Shown: piece by piece, positions 27,331 through 32,064 of the stretch
Layout of the letters: every line of letters begins with the position of its first letter
Position numbering within the stretch: the stretch's first letter is position 1
Virus record (IMG/VR): IMGVR_UViG_2693429524_000019
Coordinates: 1-32,064 of that record
DNA length: 32,064 bases
DNA from: a virus
Lineage: Duplodnaviria > Heunggongvirae > Uroviricota > Caudoviricetes
Strand: one strand, 5' to 3'
The notes under the pieces: generated by a model
The model's input: the letters and a program-made list of their open reading frames with translations, nothing else
The model's database searches: none
What the model was told of the DNA's origin: nothing
Translations under genes and position numbers: made by a program

Positions 27331-27929
27331 TACGCAAACTCCAGCAGCTGCGCGGCCACATTTTCGACTTCCTCCGGAGAGGAGAATTTACGGAACAGGA
27401 TCCAGTTCCACAGCACATTCAGTACGGCTTTATAAACCTGCTGAAACTCGGTTTCGTCCATATTCGCAAAAGCGATGGATTTCGCCCGACGCCCGTGGCT
27501 ACCGTCCGGATAAATATGCTCGGTGTAAAATCCGGCCTGAATGGTTACCCACTCGCGGAAAGCGTCAAACGACTTTAGCAATGCCGTATCCCGGGTTCTG
27601 CGTGTTGCAACTGTATTCAGATATTGCTCTGCGGCTTCGCTCAGAGCTGGCGTATGTTCCCGGCCTACTGATTCACACAGGTAATCAACGAATCCTGAAA
27701 CCAGTTTTCGTTCGCGAGGCGTGATCGCCCCTCCGACTGGAGTCCAGTAATCGAATCCGAGTTGCAGAAGTTTGAAAAAACGCTTATGGAATGCGTAGTT
27801 ACGAACGCGCTTAAAATCAGCGTGTATCCACTCACCTATTTTGATTTGATGCAAAAAATCGCAACTCTCCGGCGTCGCCGGGAGAAGTAATCCGGAAGAG
27901 GTTTGTTTGACCAGTTGTATATGCGCCAT
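27330..27929 (-). CDS. nin-region hypothetical protein
   Basis: 199 aa, SD GGAG, coupled (TAATG) to the ybcO-like gene. Confidence 0.4.
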   Translation of the reverse strand: MAHIQLVKQTSSGLLLPATPESCDFLHQIKIGEWIHADFKRVRNYAFHKRFFKLLQLGFDYWTPVGGAITPRERKLVSGFVDYLCESVGREHTPALSEAAEQYLNTVATRRTRDTALLKSFDAFREWVTIQAGFYTEHIYPDGSHGRRAKSIAFANMDETEFQQVYKAVLNVLWNWILFRKFSSPEEVENVAAQLLEFA

Positions 27930-28000
27930 CGTAGTTCTCCGCTGGCGCAGTAGAATGGGTGTTCAGCCCGTTATGTAGTATACCAGAATTAATGCCAATA

Positions 28001-28252
28001 CTAACAGGATGCTCTGACTCGCAATTCATCCAGCAGTTTATCATTTCCCATAATGTCACTTACCCTCATCGGTAAAAAAATTGCCTTTCGACCATTACGA
28101 TACATCATTGATTTTGGGGTTTCAGGGAAGTAATCCATTTCGACTATAACTGACAGGTCATCACGACGTATGACTGCATATTTGCTACTAAATAGTTTCT
28201 TTATTTTTTCCACGATGCCTCCAGGTTTATAAGTACAAACGGTTATATCCAC
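28001..28252 (-). CDS. small protein, possibly Rem-like (Qin-type synteny); start is GTG
   Basis: 83 aa; lies between hokD-like and Q as rem does in K-12 Qin; sequence identity to Rem not verified. Confidence 0.3.
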   Translation of the reverse strand: MDITVCTYKPGGIVEKIKKLFSSKYAVIRRDDLSVIVEMDYFPETPKSMMYRNGRKAIFLPMRVSDIMGNDKLLDELRVRASC

Positions 28253-28395
28253 ATAGAGACAAAAATATTAATCTGAAAAATATTTATTTCACGTCGTATA
28301 TTTGATTATTTAATGTGCAGGTGCAATGACTTTTATTTTTTGTTGTGTATATAATCAAATATATGGTTATTTTTCACCCTGCGTATTCAGCGCGC

Positions 28396-28420
28396 AACAA
28401 AAAACCCGCCGAAGCGGGTT
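28396..28420 (-). terminator. intrinsic terminator at the 3' end of the hok transcript
   Basis: minus strand AACCCGC-TTCG-GCGGGTT followed by TTTTTTGTTG. Confidence 0.55.
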
Positions 28421-28488
28421 AAGTGCGGGTGCGTTGAGGATGCCTGACACATGAGAGGTGGCGAGGGATTTTTCCCCCGCCTGGTCTC

Positions 28489-28644
28489 TTACTCCTCAGA
28501 TTCGTAAGCTGTGAAGACAGCGACCTCCGTCTGGCCGGTACGGATTCGTACCTCGCAGAGGTCTTTCCTCGTTACCAGTGCCGTCGCTATGACGGTTAAA
28601 CAGATGACGATCAGGGCGATTAACATCGCCTTTTGCTGCTTCAT
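28489..28644 (-). CDS. hokD: Hok/Gef family type I membrane toxin, HokD (RelF)-like
   Basis: 51 aa MKQQKAMLIALIVICLTVIATALVTRKDLCEVRIRTGQTEVAVFTAYESEE, near-identical to recalled HokD; SD AAGGAGAAG upstream. Confidence 0.8.
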   Translation of the reverse strand: MKQQKAMLIALIVICLTVIATALVTRKDLCEVRIRTGQTEVAVFTAYESEE

Positions 28645-28854
28645 AGCCTGCTTCTCCTTGCCTTTCGGCACGTAAGAGGCTAACCTACATTTGTGAGACA
28701 TAGATTGGGCCTCAGATTAATGTTAAGCGTCCTGCAAGACGCGTAATGTTAACTGGGGCTTTTCTCTATCTGCCGTTGGTGTTCATGCCTGAGGCAGATA
28801 GCCTCAAGCACCCGCAGCAATTCTACTTAACTCTCCTTTTCCCGCAAACCGTTT

Positions 28855-28938
28855 TTATCCCCAGCGGCAAATCGAATACACAATCAGCGCCACCGCCATT
28901 GCGATTCCTACCGTTGTGAATGCTTCAGGCCAGGTCAT
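28855..28938 (-). CDS. candidate 27-aa hydrophobic peptide (single TM), translationally coupled to upstream gene
   Basis: MTWPEAFTTVGIAMAVALIVYSICRWG; ATG overlaps the stop of the 191-aa gene (ATGA); GGAGG 10 nt upstream; not in the ORF track because it is under 60 aa. Confidence 0.3.
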   Translation of the reverse strand: MTWPEAFTTVGIAMAVALIVYSICRWG

Positions 28939-29510
28939 CGTAAAATATCCTCCGCGCTTATCAGTCCGTTTCGCTTCAGGTAGACCATCGCCTTCTCCGG
29001 TAATTTGCAGTTCGGCTTCGCTTTCCTCAATTGGCTAGCCAGTTGTTTAATCAGCATTGTTAATTCCCGTACCTGAACGTCCCCTTTGGTATCCTCATTG
29101 GTGAGGATACCATCGCCTTTCCCCTGAAGCATGGCGGCGCAGCAGGCGTTCCATGAGATTTCCTGAAGGGAGCGACGAATCTGTGTGCTGCATATACTCC
29201 TCCCTGACTCCTGGCTGTTAAACCATGTTTCAAATTCCGGCACTACCGTCGCTGGCGGGGCGGTGTAAAGTGGAACAACTCGCCCTCCCCATTGCTTAAC
29301 ACTACTCTCAGCGAACACTAAATGCTCAGCCCGATAATACCCGGGGGCATCAATATCTTTTCTTTCGCTATCCCACATGTAAACCACCGGCTCTGCTTCC
29401 AGCGATGCCAAAGCAATCCGTGCCACTTCCATTTGTTCGCTACGAGTAAGCCCGTTTTCAAGCGGATTTTTAATGAACAATTCAATACGTTCTTTGGTGA
29501 TAGCGTTCAT
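28935..29510 (-). CDS. hypothetical phage protein (paralog A)
   Basis: 191 aa, SD AAGGAA; shares RIALASLEAEPV and PLY..PPA motifs with the next gene. Confidence 0.5.
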   Translation of the reverse strand: MNAITKERIELFIKNPLENGLTRSEQMEVARIALASLEAEPVVYMWDSERKDIDAPGYYRAEHLVFAESSVKQWGGRVVPLYTAPPATVVPEFETWFNSQESGRSICSTQIRRSLQEISWNACCAAMLQGKGDGILTNEDTKGDVQVRELTMLIKQLASQLRKAKPNCKLPEKAMVYLKRNGLISAEDILR

Positions 29511-29513
29511 GTG

Positions 29514-29936
29514 TCATTCCTTAACCTGCAACTGCTTCTTAACCAGTTTACGTAGATGTGCCACAGCCATAGAAAGAGTTTCCACCGCTCGTTTATCCAG
29601 CTGTGGGGACAGAGACACCAGTTCGTTTATTGCGATCTCAATTCCCTGTGCCTGCACTATGGGAGCTGGCGGCACACGATACAGCGGAATTACACGACGC
29701 GGGTCTGCGTATTTATCTGGAGGACAAGGTAATAAATAACCTAAACCAATTTGCTCAACATCTCGCAGTTCCTCGTCATCAGTCCATGCAACTGGTTCTG
29801 CTTCCAGCGAGGCCAGCGCGATACGAAACGCATCAGCAAGCAGACTGTTTGATGATTGGTTATCGTGCGCCGGGTCGCTCAGGAAGCCAGTGATGAATGA
29901 TTTAATCTCCGCGCTTTCTCTGGTAATGGTGGTCAT
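29514..29936 (-). CDS. hypothetical phage protein (paralog B)
   Basis: 140 aa from ATG at 29936 with SD AAGGAAA; contains RIALASLEAEPVAW and PLYRVPPAP. Confidence 0.5.
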   Translation of the reverse strand: MTTITRESAEIKSFITGFLSDPAHDNQSSNSLLADAFRIALASLEAEPVAWTDDEELRDVEQIGLGYLLPCPPDKYADPRRVIPLYRVPPAPIVQAQGIEIAINELVSLSPQLDKRAVETLSMAVAHLRKLVKKQLQVKE

Positions 29937-29937
29937 T

Positions 29938-30156
29938 TCAGTTTTCCTTATATGGATTAATTTTATTGTGCAGTGCGTTGAACGACGCCCATACCACGTC
30001 GTTATACAATTCAATAACGGGCTCAATTACTTTTCCGATTATCCAGGCCAGTAATAGCGGGGATATCGGTATCATCAACACGATAAACAGAATGAGAAAC
30101 AAAAATTCTGTCGCTCTACTTTTTCGCGGATATTTTTTTCTGAATAATGTAGTCAT
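29938..30156 (-). CDS. small membrane protein (basic N-terminus plus one TM helix)
   Basis: 72 aa MTTLFRKKYPRKSRATEFLFLILFIVLMIPISPLLLAWIIG..; AT-rich. Confidence 0.4.
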   Translation of the reverse strand: MTTLFRKKYPRKSRATEFLFLILFIVLMIPISPLLLAWIIGKVIEPVIELYNDVVWASFNALHNKINPYKEN

Positions 30157-30188
30157 TTCTTACCGCCCTTTCGGGCGGCCTCCTGACA

Positions 30189-30401
30189 TTAATCGTTGTG
30201 ATAACTCATAGCTTCATTTGCAGCATCAACTGGATCAACATCCCACCAGCAATAATTTGGGTCGGCTCCTTCAGGTGTCCACGGCTCTAATTCATTTTTT
30301 GCCGCATTCTCGTCGCCAGTAATTTTAAAAATCTGCTCAGAAAATTTCCTCACCCACTCGTTATATTTTTCCGCATTAATGGTTTTCTGTGTATTTAACA
30401 T
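30189..30401 (-). CDS. small acidic hypothetical protein
   Basis: 70 aa, SD GGAGG 9 nt upstream, AT-rich codon usage. Confidence 0.4.
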   Translation of the reverse strand: MLNTQKTINAEKYNEWVRKFSEQIFKITGDENAAKNELEPWTPEGADPNYCWWDVDPVDAANEAMSYHND

Positions 30402-30451
30402 AGATATACCTCCAGTTAAGGATTTGATTTTATTTACAGTGCTAAATTTAT

Positions 30452-30808
30452 TTATTCAGTTCTGGATTTTGTCGCCCTGCGTATCCGCGCTTTCGCGTTA
30501 CGCTCAATCTGAATTAACTTTTCTATATTTTTCCGCCTTTCCTGTTCCTCCTGGCGCAATAGCCTTACATCATCTGCCAGTCTGGTTTCTCTTTTCGCCA
30601 CTGAGAGCATCCAGTCAAACAGCTCCACAACTGCACCGCAGATTTTACAGCGGACCTGACGCTCTTTTTCGTCAACCCGGACAGAAGCGTGATGGCAGTA
30701 TGGTCTTTCCGATGGCTCATAAAGAAAATTAACCTGATCACGTGGGTCATCCTCCTTTACCGGAAATAAAACAATATTACTTAACTCATCTTCTGGTTTT
30801 ATTTGCAT
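30452..30808 (-). CDS. hypothetical protein with Cys-x2-Cys zinc-ribbon-like motif and coiled-coil tail
   Basis: 118 aa from ATG at 30808 with SD AAGGAGAGGAG; ..RCKICGAVVELF.. Confidence 0.45.
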   Translation of the reverse strand: MQIKPEDELSNIVLFPVKEDDPRDQVNFLYEPSERPYCHHASVRVDEKERQVRCKICGAVVELFDWMLSVAKRETRLADDVRLLRQEEQERRKNIEKLIQIERNAKARIRRATKSRTE

Positions 30809-31340
30809 GCTCCTCTCCTTTGATGCGAATGCCAGCGGCGCGTGGCACATTAACTTCCACGATGCGCACAGTTGGTTTGTACATCTCAATCGCTGTCAGC
30901 CAGTCAGCGCCAGTCATGCGCTTTTCTGCATCGCCATTAGTCCAATTAACCGGTACACCAATAGCCTTCATCGCTATTTCTATTTCCCCGGCAATGGCGC
31001 TTTTTCCGCAACCAGTAAAACCAGAAACAACGACAAGAACTTCGCCTTTGGCTGGTTTTATTTCCCGTGCTTCCAGTTCTGCAATGCGCTTCTCTGCGGC
31101 TTCCAGCGTTCTGCCCAGCTCGCCATTCTTCTTCTCCAGCGATTCAATTCGGTCAGCCTGCTGGTTGATATGGTTGTCCTGTGCGGACCATGCTTTGTCT
31201 TTGGCTTCCCGTTCATCCAGCAGTTCCAACACAACCTGAGGTGTGACTTTCATGCGAAATGCCAGCAATTTTTGTGGTGTGGCTGCGATTTTTATTGCTT
31301 CTGCCACATCACGCAGTACCTGGTAATTAATTTCACTCAC
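30786..31340 (-). CDS. ead/Ea22-like early-region protein (coiled-coil)
   Basis: 184 aa, GTG start with SD AGGAGG; central coiled-coil ..LEKKNGELGRTLEAAEKRIAELEA.. Confidence 0.35.
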   Translation of the reverse strand: MSEINYQVLRDVAEAIKIAATPQKLLAFRMKVTPQVVLELLDEREAKDKAWSAQDNHINQQADRIESLEKKNGELGRTLEAAEKRIAELEAREIKPAKGEVLVVVSGFTGCGKSAIAGEIEIAMKAIGVPVNWTNGDAEKRMTGADWLTAIEMYKPTVRIVEVNVPRAAGIRIKGEEHANKTRR

Positions 31341-31758
31341 TGACTACCTCCTGAAAATTACCCTGATAAAACGCCAGTACACGCTGCATAACTTCGCTTT
31401 TCCGGCACTCGCGACAGATTATGTTCTGACGCCTGTCATAGCGGCGTATTTCTCCATCCGGTAATGACCAGATAAGGTCCGGATCAACCACAGCCGTTTT
31501 TTTCACCTTTGCCCTGGATAGTTTTTTGCGGGCGTTTTGCCAGCCCTTACGCGCCTGCTCAGACGGGAATAATCCGTAGCCTGAATTGTAAACATCACCA
31601 CTGGCGACCAGTTCTCTGGCGAGAGTGCTTATGTAATACCTTGATGCACCGGTTTTAACCTCCAGAGCCCGTAACGTCTCGCGACCGCTCAGACGTACAA
31701 GTTCAACAACCTGCCCTTTAATTTTTTCTCGCTCTTCTGGTGTAAATACTTTTGCCAT
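31333..31758 (-). CDS. hypothetical early-region protein
   Basis: 141 aa from ATG at 31758 with SD GGAGG; track start at 31773 is TTG. Confidence 0.45.
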   Translation of the reverse strand: MAKVFTPEEREKIKGQVVELVRLSGRETLRALEVKTGASRYYISTLARELVASGDVYNSGYGLFPSEQARKGWQNARKKLSRAKVKKTAVVDPDLIWSLPDGEIRRYDRRQNIICRECRKSEVMQRVLAFYQGNFQEVVSE

Positions 31759-31773
31759 AGGTGCCTCCGGCAA

Positions 31774-32064
31774 TCACTTTTCCGACACAATACGACTGGA
31801 GGAATCGAAAATATGTCGAACAATATCCCGGTGCTTGTTCAGCTCCCGCAGCGCGGCGCAGACTCGCTCCCACTTCTGGACATGATTTTTCGCCCGACGC
31901 AGTTCGCGGTTTGCCATATGCAGCGATGGTAAAACCAGGTCATCCGCTCGCGTTTCAGTAAACGATGGCAGCGACTGCACAATGTCCGCCACAGTTTCTG
32001 TTTTAATATCTTCCTGTGTTGCAGCTTCCTGTACTGGTAACGCAACACATGCAGGCTGAGGAAA
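31774..32064 (-). CDS. 3' portion of an early-region gene that starts beyond the right edge of the window
   Basis: minus-strand frame open without stop from 32064 down to 31774 (at least 97 codons). Confidence 0.4.
   Translation of the reverse strand, partial: FPQPACVALPVQEAATQEDIKTETVADIVQSLPSFTETRADDLVLPSLHMANRELRRAKNHVQKWERVCAALRELNKHRDIVRHIFDSSSRIVSEK

Noticed and set aside
26489-28644. Possibility that this is simply the K-12 Qin prophage (Q, rem, hokD synteny)
   Set aside because: relBE are absent, extra genes (ybcO-like, 199-aa) are present, and the morphogenesis module and integration site (sdsR/pphA) differ from Qin; it is a related but distinct prophage.
28645-28934. Searched for relE/relB remnants upstream of the hokD-like gene, as in the K-12 relBEF operon
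   Set aside because: No reading frame in this interval resembles RelE or RelB as recalled; the interval is non-coding apart from the 27-codon ORF.
1-32064. CRISPR arrays, rRNA genes, IS elements
   Set aside because: No regularly spaced direct repeats, no rRNA-like conserved stretches, and no transposase-like ORF with terminal inverted repeats were seen.

Overview
The window is an Escherichia coli-type chromosomal junction followed by about 31 kb of an integrated prophage. All calls come from reading the supplied ORF translations and the DNA by eye, plus recalled family signatures; no database search or folding program was run, and coordinates of sites and true starts are approximate. Positions 1-1092 look like host DNA: yebW (+), the pphA/prpA phosphatase (-) and the last ~25 nt of the sRNA gene sdsR (ryeB), which appears to be the phage attachment core. 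From ~1093 to the right edge everything is prophage, almost entirely on the minus strand. In order it carries an AT-rich att arm, a Pin/Gin-type DNA invertase that is a pseudogene, and a G/P-like invertible tail-fibre segment with two alternative fibre C-termini and two assembly chaperones. Then come Mu/SfV-like baseplate genes, a tape measure gene preceded by a chaperone with a predicted -1 frameshift, tube, sheath, head, portal and terminase genes. A lambda-like lysis cassette (holin, R-type endolysin, Rz/Rz1), a Q-like antiterminator, nin-like genes including a HokD-like type I toxin, and small early-region genes follow, the last running off the right edge. Moron-like accessory insertions are an AT-rich two-gene block encoding secreted proteins inside the baseplate operon (7.6-8.3 kb), an ORF6N-like gene between Q and the lysis genes, and an AT-rich pair of tiny genes near 30 kb. 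No rRNA, tRNA or CRISPR array was found. The most unusual items are the baseplate moron, the relBE-less hok locus and the frozen tail-fibre switch; none amounts to a demonstrably new system on sequence alone.
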